DNA from: Caecitellus pseudoparvulus
Lineage: Eukaryota > Protista > Bigyra: Bicosoecida
DNA: 64,000 nucleotides
Reading direction: 5' to 3'
Assembly (NCBI GenBank): GCA_965644315.1
Contig: CBFFRQ010000032.1
Span: 768,682 to 832,681, forward strand
In this document: positions 23,963 to 37,500 of the stretch, piece by piece
How the letters are laid out: the number at the start of each line of letters is the position of its first letter
Position numbering within the stretch: position 1 is the stretch's first letter
Program-made: the position numbers and the translations under genes
Notes under the pieces: generated by a model
Told to the model about the DNA's origin: nothing
The model's input: only the letters and a program-made list of their open reading frames with translations
The model's database searches: none

Positions 23963-24500
23963 TCAAGCCGACGCACCTGCCCGCAGCAGCACCATGGCCT
24001 GCCTGCCCAATCGACTGCTCGTGCCAGCCCATGCGGCATCCTTGGCAGGTTGCTGCACAAAGTGGTCAGCTTTGCGTCTGACCTGCTGTGGGGTGGCACG
24101 ACGGCCCGTGAGGCCAAGCAGCTCCCGCAACACACCCAGCTGTTCCTGGGCGCAAGCCTCCCAGAATGCACCCTCCTCCCGTGAATGGACGTCGACTTCA
24201 CGGTGGCCAGTCAGGCTCAGCAGCTCGCGCACCACTTCAGCGTGGCCGTGCGCACATGCCCATCTGAAGGCGAACTCCTCGTCAACGTGCACGTCCACTT
24301 CACGGTGACCGGCCAAGGCCAGCAGCTGACGCACCACGTGAAGGTGACCACGAGAGCATGCCTCGCGAAAGGCGAACTCTCCGATCGCGTGTACGTCAAC
24401 TTCGCGGTGGCCGGACAGGCTCAGCAGCTCGCGTACCACTTGAACGTGGCCGCGCGCACAGGCATCCCGGAGACCAAACACCTTCACCTCCCGCACCTGC
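23963..24500 (-). CDS. Ankyrin-repeat protein of the EVDVH..EFAFR.AC..GH..VVRELL family (5' end unclear, possibly truncated)
   Basis: About four near-identical 34-aa (102-nt) repeats such as EVDVHAIGEFAFREACSRGHLHVVRQLLALAGHR within ORF 23963-24637. No convincing proximal ATG. Confidence 0.75.
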
Positions 24501-24640
24501 AAGGAAGCCAGGCAGTTGCGGCGGCCACTCTCAAAAGCGCAGCGTTGGCAAACCTGGCACAACTGCGGCCTGGCTGAAGCATAGCGAGTGTATGCACTCC
24601 TTGGGTACAAGTCACACCCTTGCTGCATCCCCTGCATGTG

Positions 24641-25735
24641 ATGAGGGCTGTCGCAGCGCTCTTAGTGGCAGCGCCACTGGTGGTCTCAGCCCGCTTTGCC
24701 ATGCCATGGCTGTGCCTGGAAAGGTGTGGCGCCAACAGCTCCCAGGTTGCACACAATATTAAGCAAGTCCTAGACAATGCTGGCACCACCTTCACCGCCG
24801 TGTCCTTCGAGGTCAGCGTGGGCGAACCTAGCAGGGTCTGGTGCAGTGCACCTGCAACTCACACGCACCTTTTTGCTCACAGCGCTTCAACCTGGGTCCA
24901 GACAGCACTCTGGTGCTGAACAACTTGACAGATCCAACTGAATCCTTCGTTTCAGCTGGCCTTGAGACCTTTCCTATGGTTTCCTCTTACCCTTACCCGC
25001 CTCAGTTCATGTGAGGAGCATCGCTGGTCCAGGCAGAAGTGCCCGAGCCGACTTCCCCTGCCTACCCCCGCACATCACACAGTGATTGGATGCGGCAGGT
25101 ATTCCGCAACCCTATGCCATTTGTTCGTGCCCTGCAATCCCACATTCAAGCCCGGGGCTACTCGGGAGTCAACATGTGAGCAGCAGCTCCCCGGCTTGCT
25201 TCACTCGCCTCCCCACACCACACCGCCTCCTGAGCACGCACAGTGACTGGGAGCCCACGAAAGGAGTCACTGCACGAGACGCCTTGGACTACGCGGCGTT
25301 TCTAGACCTCCTGGCCAGCGAGCTGCACGCGGTGGGGGCACAGGTCACGGTAGACTTTGCGACGTGGAGCCCGATCTGGAACCTCACGGCTCTCGCGGCG
25401 ACGGGCGTGGATCGCTTCATGGACATGGGCACCTACACAGACAGCCCCGACTCGTGGAAACGCCAGCTACAGGTGGCCCTGCAGGCTCTGCCGCATGACA
25501 AGATCGTTGTGGGTGCGTGTGTGCGGCACGCTCGCCGACGCCTCGCCTGCCAGCCAACCCCCCTCCCCACGCCAACTCAGGTCTTGAAACGACCATGGCC
25601 AGCAGTGGAGCGCCCTACCCCGTCTCTGTCCTGCAGCAGCGTTTCCAGCTGCTGCGCGAGGCTGGCCTGGACGCTGTTGGGCTGTGGGTTGCTCCCATCC
25701 CCGCCACGTTCCTGCCCTTCTTGCGGAACTTGTAA
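24641..25735 (+). CDS. Secreted glycoside hydrolase family 18 (chitinase-like) protein, 4 introns
   Basis: Signal peptide MRAVAALLVAAPLVVSA. Spliced catalytic motif RGYSGVNI/DWEP, plus MDMGTY, KIVVG/LE and terminal VGLW. Confidence 0.8.
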
Positions 25736-25773
25736 TGCATTGCGCCCAGTGTGGTGGTGCGGCGGCGGCCGAC

Positions 25774-28641
25774 TTAAGACTGCCCTGTCAGCAGTGGCGA
25801 TACCCGCGCCGCCTGCGTGCCTGGCATGGGCGTCGAGACGGGTGTGGCCACAGGGGCAGGTGTGAAGCCTGCGCTGGGCCGTTTGGGACGCCGCACGCCA
25901 CTGTGCGCGTGGGGCACCTGTGGCATGGCCGATGGGGGTGCAGGGGGGGCAGAGGGGGGCTGGGAGGCATGTGGAGATGCAATGGGCTTCACTGGGCGCA
26001 CGGTGGGGGTGGGGGGCGCACGGGCCGGTGGGGGAGGGCCTGGCAGCGCCGCTAAGGACTGCGCGATGTGGGTGGCAGCGAGTGACTTGGAGCCTTGCCC
26101 CTCTGCTGCGTTGCTACGCGTCTCTGACGTCACACGCACCGCCTGCAGCAGGGAGGCGAAGTCCGCCTTCACCACATTCAACGCACCCAGCAACTGGCGA
26201 TTTGATGCCAGCAAGTCCGTGACGGAGTCCCCTGTCGAAGCCACTGCATGTGCTTCCGCTGACCGCGCCGCCTGCAGCACTGCTTCAGATGCCACTGCCG
26301 CATGCCTGGGCGGCGAGTGCCGTGGCATGCCCCCCCCTGTCGCACTGTCCCAAGTGGAAATGCCGCTGGCATCCAGCCGCGTCTCGTCTTCACTCGGCGT
26401 GGGGGGTGCCGCCTTGGCTCTGGCTGCGGGCACCGGGCTCGCTGCAGCTGCCGCCGCCGCGCTTTCGTCACGCAAACGCCGCATGCCGCTCTGCATGCGC
26501 TTGAGCTTTCCGTTCAAGCTGGAACACTTGGAACGCAGTGCGGCCACCTGAGCGTCAGCTGTGCTGGCCTTTTCCACCGCCTCTGCCGCCTGCCGTGACA
26601 CTTCACTGCTGACTGCACGCGCCGCGGACAGCTCAGCTGACAGGGTCATGATGCGTGCGTTCGCCTGCGTCAAGGCTTCCTCCGCCACAGTGCTGTCCAC
26701 ATCTGAGCGTGTGACAGCAGTCATGAGTTCTTGCGTTTGGTCGCCCTCCCCTGCACGCGTCGTTCGTCGGCCATGAGAGTGCGAGGGGGAGGTGAGTTGC
26801 GACTGTGATGCTGCGCTGCGCGCTGCTTGCAGCTCAGCCTGAGTCACAGCCAAGGAGTCCACCAACTCCGCTTCGCGAGCCGCATGACTGGCTTTGTTCT
26901 CTGCCAAGGACTCAGCCAGGCCCTGCGCTGCGTTGCGCAGGGCGTCCAGCTGTCGCTCTGCTGCTGCTGCTCGGGCGGCAGCATTTTCCGCAGCCAACTT
27001 GGCTCTCCGGGCATCCTGCCGCGCATCCCCCTCTGCCGTCTCAGCTTCGGCCAAGGCACGCTCCATGTCCACCAGCTGGGCTTCCAGCTCGTCTGCGCGC
27101 TCAGCAGTCTCCACCACCAGCCCCTCGAACTGCCCGGGTGACAGCAGCAGGGTGCCTTCCGGAATGGCAGCCTGACCGGCCTCCTCCTCCTCCAGCTCGC
27201 CCGACGACCGATCTGCCCGGTCATACGCCGCCTTTAACAGCGCCACGACCTTGGGTCGCACCGACAGGCGCGCGCCGCCGGCGGGTGACTCCTGCCTTGC
27301 CTGACTCTGCAGCAATGCTTCCCGCAGGCTGCGCACGTGCTCGACGAGGGAGACATTGACACTGCCAGCGCCGGCAGGCCCACGCTGGCTGTGCGCTGAG
27401 GCGGGGGATACGTGGATGTGGGGGGACGCCAGTGTGCTGGCCGAGGGGGTGGGTGCGGCGAAGGCGCTGGTGCCTGAGGCAGCTTGCCCGCCGGCCTCCA
27501 GCCGCCCGTGCAGCACGAGGAAGGCGCCCAGGACGAAATTCAACTGCTCCACTACGCCTGCTGCCAGGTGATGCAGGGGGGCATCGGGGTCCGCGGCGGG
27601 GGGTGGCGGCCCGAAGCCCCCCTCCAACAGCGCGCTCGGCATCACCGGCACATCGACCAGGGCACTGCGCGCGGCCTGCACCTCCGAGCTGCCAGCGACA
27701 GCGGCATCCCCCTCCTTCAGAGCCGCCAGCTCGGCTTGCAGCGCCATGACGCGGCTGTGCAGCGCCAAGCACTCCTCCCTGGCGCCGTGTGCGGCCTTGG
27801 ACAGGCGGCTTGACTCGGCCGCCAGCTCCCCATGCGCTGCACGCTCCATGGCCAGCTGGCGTTCCAGGCGCTCTGCGCTGTCTTGCAGGAACTGCACGCG
27901 GGAGGACGCCGCAGCTGCCTGGGAGGCGCCGAGGAGGCGGGTGTTCAGCGCTTCCTGCGTTGGGAGGGCACGTCGCAGCGACCGTTGGTGCGAGCGGCAA
28001 GTTAGCACCGCATTCGCGCGGCAACACACATTGTCTGCTTGCAAGCGCCGGACAGTCGCCTTGGTTTCGGCCAGTTGCAGTTGTAGGTGCTCTGCTTTGG
28101 CGTCTGCTGCGTCGGCGCGGGCTGCCTCGGCTTGCCTGGCTTCCAACGCTTCTGCCAGCGCTGCACCTGCGTGCAGACGCAGGGGTGGAAGAGTCCACAC
28201 AACAGGGGCCAGGGGGGGCCCTCGTGAGAAGCCCAGAGCGGGACCTCATTTTGCATGCTCTGGCACACACGCACCTGTCGCATGGCCAGTTGTGGCGGGC
28301 TGGGGTGGCCCGCCCGTGCCCTGCCGTTGTGCAGCGGACATTTGCTGCTGCACCCACGACAGCTCCTCCCGCAAGCGCGCGTTGATGCTCATCTGCTCCA
28401 GAAGGTCTTCACGCAAGATCTTCTTCTCTGTGTCACTCTTGCGGCGCGCTTCGCGGAGTTGGCGCTCCACATCATTCCGCTCGGCCAGCATGACGTTGAT
28501 CTCATGGCGCAAAGCAGCTGTGGTGGAGGCGCCGCCGCGCGATGCAGCTAGGACGCCGGTGCTTGATGCCAGTACCCCTTGTTGAGCTGCGCCAGCGTTC
28601 GACGTCGCTGGACCGGCTGCTTGGGGAGTACCCCACTGCAT
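25774..28641 (-). CDS. Long coiled-coil protein, intron-containing
   Basis: ORFs 28246-28641 and 25774-28200 carry heptad-rich E/A/L/R/Q helices separated by short GT-AG introns. No catalytic motif. Confidence 0.65.
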
Positions 28642-28797
28642 GGCCGGCGCGGTGTTTCACAGCCGTTTCGCAGCCCCCACCACACAAGTCACCCCTGGAA
28701 AGGAGGCAGAGGAGGGATCATGGCGCTCAGGTCCATTTTCTCACGTCTTATAAATTATCGCCCACCGCAGAAAATGCTCGCAGCCTCGGTGCATGGC

Positions 28798-31700
28798 TCA
28801 CTCCTCCAAGCCTTCCTCCTCCTCAGCCAGGGAGGTGAGTGGCGCGACACGCAGGGCGCCGTGCTCAGTGCGCAGGCCACGGGCCTCGGCTAGCTCTTGC
28901 AGCCCCGCATAGCTGGCGTCCCCGGGTGGCAGCGCTAGCAGCGCATAGCGCACTGCAGAGGGCACGTCCCGCACGATGCGGTAGGCTACGGAGCTGGAGG
29001 GGGACGGCTCCGCCTCCTCCCCGCCCTCGTCCCCAGCTGCCTGGAACGCCGTGACGGCCTTCAACAGCTCAGCTGGATGCTGTGCCAGCACCTCCGGCGG
29101 CTGTGCTCTGAACCACATCTCAGCCTTGAGTATAGCCAAGCCCGGGCACGCCAGCACAAGCTGCGCCAAGGCTGGCACGGTCAGCTGCCGCAAGCCCAGG
29201 AGCACTACTTGCTTGAGTCCATGGCAGTGCCTGCTGAGACACTGCAGCGTCGCGTCAGTCAGGCGCGAGCAGCCTCGCAGCTGGAGGTGGGTGAGGCGGG
29301 GGCAGGCGGCAGCCAGGCCAGGCGGGCCCCCCTCCACGCCCTCGAACGCTGCATCGGTCAGGCGCTCACACCCGGTGGCCTTGAGCGTGTGCAGGCGCGG
29401 GCAGTGCGCCGCCAGGGAATGCAGCACACTGTCATCCACCCCCACGACGTACTCGACGTCCAGCACCTCCAAGTGGGGCAGGCAGGCCACCGCTGCCGCG
29501 ATGTCGCGTGCCGCCAGCTGGCTGCAGCCTCGCAAACGCAGCTGCCGCAGGACGGGCGTGTACCGCGCCAGCAACGCCAGGTTCTCGCTGCATAGACCCA
29601 AGCAACACCTCAGGTCCAGCACTTGCACGTGGGAGGCGAAGGTAGCCGCTGGCAAGGGCTGCGTCAGGCGAGGCAGCCCGCCAGACCGGGTTTCCACCGG
29701 CGTGGGCTCATGCGCCGGGAGGGGCAGGAAGTGGCTCATGTTCGCAGCTGCCGCCTCCAGGATAGCTTGCGGGTGCACACCATCTGGCAGGTGCAGGGAC
29801 AGCAAGGGCGTGGCGCCCAGGCCGCTGCTCTGGCCGTCCAGGCTCAGCCACGGATTGCGGCACAGGACGCCGGCATCGGCTAAGCTGCTGGGCTGCGCAC
29901 CGCGGGTCACCCGCACTGCCTCTGCGGTGTACCATGGAATCATGAGGTCCACCAGGGCCGAGCAGAACTTGGACTGCGGGAAGGCATCCCTCACGCTGGG
30001 CCGCCAGGGGTTGGCGGGAAGTCCGCCGGCAGCCGTGGCGGCGGACGTTGCTGCCACGGACTCCAGCACCTCACCGGCGCCACCCTGCGCGCCACCTGCA
30101 CCGCACGCCCACAGCTGTCTCTCCAGCTTGAACTCCAACTGGGCACCTTGCCACAGACACGACACTGCCACTCCTAGCAAGCTCCGCACGAGTCGTGGCT
30201 TGGCTGCCTCGTCCGGCATGGCTGCAAAGGGCGTCTCCACGGGCGGACCCGCCGTCGGCGCCGTGCACCCTGACACATGGCAGGCATACCACTGACCGTA
30301 CCGCATGCCGGGGCAGGGGACGTCAGGGCTCCACGCCGGCGCCCGTACACCGCACTCCAGCACCCTGCCCACCGGGCCCTGCTCACCGCTCACGTATGGC
30401 ACGAAGTCTGCACCTTGCAGGGCGCTGCCTTGCCCAGCACTGGCCTGCACAAAGTCCTCCACCGCAGTCTCGTCGTCCACGCCCCGCTGCACCAGTGGCG
30501 CTGCCACCTCCTTCACACCCGGCACGGCTGTGGGCGCCATGAGTGCCGGGCGCAGGCCCAGCAAGGCCAAGACATCCCCCACCGTCGCCCAAGCACAGAA
30601 GGCGAGGCTGAGGTGCCGCACCCGGGGCGTGACGCTGCCGGCCAGGTTGGCCAGGGTGGTGGGGTGGGGCCGGCTCGTGCCGCGGAAGTACTGGCCCAGA
30701 GCCACGCCTGGCAGAGCCCTTGGCTGCTGCGCCGCGGCGAGCCACGCGCGGCACACACGGGAAGCAAGCAAGGACTCGTGCAGCTGCAGGTATGACAGAG
30801 CATGCTCGAGTATCCCTGGAGGCAGGAAGTTGACGTGCAGGATGTGCTGGGTAGGCGGCAGCTGAGGCGGCGCGGTGCGGGCACCCGCCCCCTCAGCAGG
30901 GGGGGATCTCCCAGGCAGCGAGGGCAGGCCCACTAGAGACCCCACAGCTGAGGCCTCCGCTGACGGTGAGCTGTCACTGCACCCACCCTCCAGCTCATCT
31001 GGCATACAGGTGGGCCCCAAGTCCAGGGAGGGCATGCCGTCCAGTCCGGGGCCGCGCTTTGGCGAAGGGCACCCCACGGCAGATGCAGGGTGGCTCCGGG
31101 CGCGCTTCTTGCCACCCAGCATGGGAGATGCCACCACTGCAGAGTTCCCCTCGCCAAAGGCGGCGGTGGCTGCTGTGCCAGCTGCGCCAGCGCGGGCGGC
31201 AGGGGAGGGCGACGCCTGCATGGGCAGCCTGCACCACATGCAGGCGTCGATCTGAGACCGCACCAGCACCCACTTGCACCAGGCTTTGTCGTGGTTTGCT
31301 CGGATGAGGGGGAAAGGCACGCCTTGTTGGGGGCCTGGAAAGCAGGCCACGGAGGGGTTGGCTGACCGCGGCAGGCGACGAGGGGGTGACGAAGGCAGCA
31401 TTGGCACGCCCTGCCGAGACACTGGCATAACCTGTTCCAGGAAGAGGGTGGGAAGGGTGCAAAGGGGCACGCGAGGCGGGGGCAAGGGCACCGCTCTGGG
31501 CGCACCTGAAACGCGTGCCGTCCAGGCTGGTCATACACAAGCTCAATAACATCCCCCATGAGCACCCGGCACATCTTGCCAGTGGGCACCTTGCTCTGCT
31601 TCCTGCGGCCAGGACTCAAGATGCGCACGGAGTTGCGGCCCAGCTGCAGGGAGGGACGGGCGGCAGTGTGTTCAGAGCCCGCCCGCAGCGCGAGGCACGC

Positions 31701-32069
31701 CAGCGCACCGTTGCAAGCACCAGGGCATGGTCCCCAGCCTTGGTGCGCTTCCAGCCTAGGGAAACGTGGGCTCGGCTGACCTGCGGGTCGCTCAAATATG
31801 CACGTTGATGGGACCTTCCCAGAATCACCGGCTCTCCGCCCCTTTCCAACGCAACTGCCAAGCACAAGGCCGGAAAGGGGGTGCCGAGTGGCGAAACGTG
31901 GAAACGCCAGGGCAGCACACTGCAACTCACTTGGCTCTTGAATGAGATGAGCGCAGCATGGAATGAGCTCAACCACAACGTCATCCCATTGAAAACCGCT
32001 TGATCCTGCCTCCTGACTGCCCACCGCCCCCGCCTGGGCTCCAGGAGCTGCCGCCTGAGCTGCTGCCAT
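28798..32069 (-). CDS. FHA-like + F-box + leucine-rich repeat (FBXL-type) protein
   Basis: N-terminal exons give VILGRS...DPQVSRAHVSL...QLGRNSV...LMGDVIELV (FHA), joined by intron 31432-31505 to the F-box FLPPGILEHALSYLQLHESLLASRVCRAW and Cys-containing LRRs (CPRLHTLKATGCERLTD). Confidence 0.78.
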
Positions 32070-32221
32070 GTCTCTGGCGTTGGGAAGCACGGCGTGCCTC
32101 GCAGAGCGCCCCACTTCCCTGGACAACGAGATGGCAGCCAAGCACGTGCAATGCGCCCTTTCCATCACACACTGCACCTGTATGTGCATTGACGCGGTTT
32201 TATGTGCCTCTCAACTCTGCG

Positions 32222-34068
32222 TCACTCCTCCCCTGCCTCGTGCAGGTACATGGTGCTGCCCATGCCCGCAAGACTGCGCATGGAAGATCGCTCGCTGGCG
32301 TGCAGAGCTGCCTCCTGCCGAGTGTCTGGCCTGGGCGGCATGTCGCCCTCGGCGCCCACTGCAGCTGCTGCCTGCTTGCCCTCTGCCTCCTCGTCGAATT
32401 TGCCGCCCTCCTTGGACTCCGCCGCACCGCCCAAGTCGCCTGGACTGCCTGTTCCCTCGAATGATTCCGCAGCAGTGGACGGCCGGGCAACGGTAGCGCG
32501 CCCTCCTCCCAGAGCTTCCAGCTCCGCTGCCTCGATTTGAGCAGCCGTGACGCCCAGTGCAGTCAGCAGCGCTGCGAGCTGCTCTCGCTCCCGGTGCAGG
32601 CGCGCCAACACCGCCCTGTTCTGCACCAGCTTTTTCTGTGCCAGCGCAAGGTGCATCTCCAACTGTTCATCTTGAACAACCTCGTTGGCAATGGGTTTGT
32701 TCTCGATGAGGCGCGTCGCATTGCCGAAGCGCAGCGTGCTCAGGCTCTCGCTGGCATTCCACTCAGAGGGGGACAGCGTGATGACGAGGGCAGTCCTGGA
32801 GTTCCCTCCCAGTGACGTGCACAGCAGACGAGTCAACTTCGAGTCTCGGTATGGCACGTGGGATGCAGTCTTGCTGGAGAGGGCGCGAATGACGCGGCCC
32901 AGAGTAAGCAGGGAAGCGTTGATGTGCCCCGCCTCCACCAGCTGCTCCCCCTCCACCTTGGTCTTGAAGGCGTTCTCACTGCCTGCCAAGTCACAGATGT
33001 ACAACTGGGAAAAACGGATGGTCTGCGTGTCTGGGTTCTGCCGTGCGATGGACACGATGAGCACTGCGTGCGAGCGGGAACTCTCCCGGTTCATTCGCGT
33101 CTCCGCCACCCGCCGGTTGGCAGCGCCCCGGTCCACCACTTCCATGGCCTCTGTCAAGCTGCGCACAGGTACCCTGCCATGGGGAGCACCAAGCCAGGCT
33201 CTGTGTGTGCTGCTGCACGGCCAGTGGGCGGTCGCGAGAAGCGCACGCACTCGGTGGCACCAGTGATAAAAATGCCCCTGTCCTTGTCTTCGTACATGTC
33301 GAGACTACCTGTTGTGGGCATGATGAGGTCGTACACCACCTCCTTGTAGATCTCAACGTAGCTCTGCGAAGGTGGCCAGGGCAGTGTCAGCTCCAGCTCT
33401 CTCGAGTGGACATGGCACCCACCGCACCAGCCGTAGGTCAAAGCGGGCCTTGCTGGACAACAGGGCAGCAAACAGGTCTTCAAACATGCGCGGCACGAGG
33501 CCCTTGTGCTGGGCAGAGTTCGTGCGGCCTGTGATGGTGTGTGTCTTGCCGCTGCCTGCAGTGGAGGATGGAGCAGCGCGTCGAGTGTTGCGACCGAACG
33601 TGGGAGCCTTGTGACAGCAGTGAAGCAGACAGGCAAGTGGCACCACTTGCCTGTCTGCCCATACGCAAGGATGCAAGAGTTGATACCATCCAGCGCCCCT
33701 GCAACGGGAGGGCAGGTAGCCGGCGTGGTGAGCCAGACACGCCAGGAGTGCCTCGCTAGGCCGCACCTGACACCATGGGTGCTGCGACCTGTTCATACAC
33801 TTCTTCTTGAGTACTATGCATGGGGAAGACCTGGTCAAACTGAAACGTGCTCCGCTTGCCTTCCGCCTGTACGTGTGCCGGCAACGAGCGTCTCATCCAA
33901 AGCCTGCGGGATTTGTCGCGTGCAGCATCTCACATCCACCCGCAATTGCTCTGTTCCCAGGACTTCCACAGCCACGGCAGGTCCCCTCTCCATCTCCACT
34001 GCATTCAGAGGGCGAACTCGGGCAACCACCTTGACCGACTCTCCTTCCCCTCCATACAAGTCTGCCAT
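32222..34068 (-). CDS. Kinesin motor protein (kinesin-1-like motor, short tail), multi-intron
   Basis: Motifs VKVVARVRP, FQFDQVF, YGQTG/SGKTHT, SYVEIY, MNRESSRSH, DLAGSE, HVPYRDSKLTRLL and SLSTLRFG. Confidence 0.95.
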
Positions 34069-34558
34069 TGTGCTGAGAGCTGTTGCTGCTGGAGCTTGCT
34101 CGGCAGCTTCCCTGGCCACAATCGACTCGGCGAGGACGGCGACGCAACTTTCAACTCAGCAAAGGCCTACAGTGGGAAAGGGGCGGGCATTTGGTTTGGG
34201 TCATGCCACTGCAGCTGCAGCCACGTTGGGAGTGGTTCGAGGAAAAGTTGCGACTGAGTCGGACTGAAGATGAGGCACAGCCGAGTTCAGGCTTCGAAGG
34301 ACATGCAGGCGCACAGTGGTTCCAAAAAACTCACATCCATGCTGTACATGCGACCAAATGCCACCAAACTCCTTTCCTGTGCAACTTTGCCTTTGCTCGG
34401 CTCACCAGGCGCAACTTGCCGCAGGGCCACTCGACTGCGCGCAGCAGCGTTACACCAGTGCTGCCGTGACGTTGAACGGGCCTCCCCCTTGCCGGACGGC
34501 GAGCTGGCCAGCCCAAGGGCGAGTGCTGGAGTAAGACAAACGACAGCAGGCAGACGTC

Positions 34559-37500
34559 ATGCAGGCAAACCCCATGAACCGTGAGTGGACGGCGCCCAGT
34601 CCCAGCCGAGGTGCAGCGGAGCAAGCTCGTGCCACGCCAACCTCACTGAGCCCTGCGCCTGAACCCACCGCAGCCATGGCGGGGCACAGCCGAGCAGAGA
34701 GTGTGGAGCCCGTGGACTTTGCAGTGCTGCAGCAGGCCTCGGCGGCCGGCTCTCGCGGCAGAGTCTGGCAGCGGCAGGCTGCCATGGACATGCTGCGAGG
34801 AAACGGTGGCAACAACTCGTTCGACGTGTCGGCGAGCTACCTTGGCCGCACAAAGGCCATTAGCAAGCCTGTAGACGTAGCCACCACTGCCATTCTGGCC
34901 AAGCGACTGCTTGCACGTCATCGCAGCAAGAAGGCGATGCGAGAGGGCGGAGACTCGAAGGGGACGCCAGGGGTCGCTGGCGGCGAGGGTGAGGATGAAA
35001 GTGGGTGGGACGAAGAGGAAGGGCAGTACAGCAGCGGGGAGTCCGAGGACTACAGCGAGGAAGAGGAGGAAGAGCTGGAGCTGGAGAGTGGCGACGAGTT
35101 CGAAGATGACGACGGGGGTGTGTGGGTGTACTCTGCCCGGGAGGATGCGTGGACATTGGCGAACGAGGAGGACGAGGAGGAAGAGTACGAGCTGGACAGT
35201 GACTATGAGGGTGCAGAGGAGTATGGCTTGGACTTTGGACAGGCACATGACGTGGAGGCGCCCCCTACCGCCACACACAGCGCCGGACCCGCCGTGAGGG
35301 CGCCCATCCCACCTGACAGCAAGGTGGTTGCCAACCCTGTCGCGCCCCAAGTGCACCCTCGGCAGCCGCCCCCACCTCCCAATGTCAACATGTATGTGCC
35401 GGCAGGCACAGCAGAGGGGCACTACCTCCCTCCTCAGTACTTCATGGCGTACCAGCAGCGGGCGGTCATGGACCTGGTCAGCAGCAGTGCGCGAGCCAGA
35501 GAGCAAACCATGCAGGCAGTGCGGGCCCAAGCCTCCCAATCGCGTCGAGCGCCAGGCATACCAGCATTCACTCGCCAGGGCACGCTGGACACTGGCGCCA
35601 GTGCTGACGTGGATGTGGCCCATGCCGACGCGGCCAAGGTGCACCCGCGTGTGGATGTGCAAGGAGTGCCACGCAAGTTCCCTGTGTGCGGCACTCCCAC
35701 GGGGCGGCATTGCTTCCGGTACGTCGATGAGTGGTTCTGCTGCGCGGTGTGCGGGGACACGACCTCTGTGTCGTACCTTGCCGAGTTTGGGCCCGGCATT
35801 TCCCTGTACTTCAAGTACATCAAGTGGCTGGCGTGGGTGTTCGGGCTGCTGTCCCTCGTGCACCTGCCTGCGATGGTGCTGAATGCCATTGGGCCAGGGG
35901 CCACCCTGGGCACTGCAGTGGGTGACTTGGGGGTGCACTCCCTCACCCTGGGCAACCTGGGAGACGCCCGCAACGTCACTGAAATCTTCCTGCCCCTCAC
36001 CACGTGTGGCGACAGGCAGTGCTCCCTGTCAAAGGAAGACGTCGCAGTGCTGTACTCACTGTGTGGCCTGCTGGGCACAGTGTTGATGCTGGTTGCATAC
36101 ATGTGGCTGCGTTTCTTCGAGGCGCGGGAGCAGCCCCTTGTGGACGAGGACTACATCACAGTGGATGACTACGCGGTGGCGGTGCGCCCCCTGCCAGCCA
36201 CCGCCGACGATGTCTCCTTGCGCAAGCACTTTGAGAAAGTCACAGGGCATCACGTGGTGGAAGTGAACGTTGCCCGAGACGAAAGTAAGTTGGTGCGCCT
36301 GGCTGAGCAGCGAGGCGCCAATATCCGCAAGCTGGTGGAGGTCGAGGAGGAGCTGCTGGAGGCATCTGCCTCTGGCAATCGCAAGGCTTTCCGGGCGCTG
36401 CAGGGCCGCAAGGCAAAGATTCTCAGCCTCATTAGCAAGGTTGACAAGGCCATCGGAAGCGAGCGGGAGCGGCACATTGGCGTGCTGGCCCAAGTTGCAC
36501 GGTCTGGCAGCCCGGCTCTGCTGAAGAGCAAGTCTGGTCTGAAGGGGCGTTGGAGGGGGCGAGGCCGTGCTCTTGGTGCCTTCGTCGTCTTTGACACCGA
36601 AGCAGGGCGCGAGAAGGCACTGCAGCTGTACCGTGGCAGCAACCTCTGGTGCTTGCGCATTTGCCAGTCAGAGAAGCTGCGCTACCGCCCAGCCCTGCGC
36701 ATTGCCCAGGACGGGAAGAAGACGGACCTTGGCGGCTCGAGTGAGGCTTGTGCGTGCTGCTGGAAAACCTCATCAGGTCGCATGCCCATCAGAGTCGTGC
36801 CAGCCCCTGACCCCTCCAGCATCAAGTGGAAAAACCTCGGCGCCAACGCGTGGAACAGGGGCGCGCGCCGCTGCTGCACCACCCTCTTTGCCCTGTTCGC
36901 CATCGCGCTGTCCTTTGGCTTGCTCGTGTGGGCTTCCTACCGCCAGCAGCAAGTGAGGGAGACAGGCGGCGAGGCGGTCTGTCCCGAAGACCGGCGCGTC
37001 ACCCTGCAGGACGTGCAGGGCAACGATGAACTGCTGCATTGCTACTGCTCCGGGCTGGGAGCGCGGGACCTTGTGCAGGATTCAAACTGCCGCGGTTGGG
37101 TGAGGGAGCGGTCGCTGGCCACTGCAGTGCAGGCCATCTCGTCAGCCAGCGTCGTGGCGGTGAACTTGGCCCTCGCCACCATCATGAAGCGCCTGACTCA
37201 ATTCGAGAAGCACCACAGCATGGATTCGCAGTCCATGTCGCTGTCCATTCGCCTGTTCTTCTCGCAGTTCATCAACACTGCGCTGGTCACAGTGTTCGTC
37301 AATGCGGACTGGACCCTCATCGGTGTACCCGTCGCCCCCATCTCCCAGCAGTACGATGACTTCTCCTCTGCTTGGTACGCCACGGTGGGGGCTGGCATTG
37401 TGCTCACCATGCTGCTGAACATCATCTCGCCACATGCGTTCCCGCTCGCGCGCTGGGCGCAGCGCAGGTGCATGACGCGCGTCGCGCTAGGGGAGCCTTT

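Noticed and set aside
17100-24640. The A/B region as a transposon or endogenous virus/virophage
   Set aside because: No terminal inverted repeats, target-site duplication, integrase, capsid or polymerase motifs were seen, and both genes carry host-style spliceosomal introns.
3286-33940. Non-canonical introns that might match the variant U2
   Set aside because: Every intron I could model in the window has GT-AG ends.
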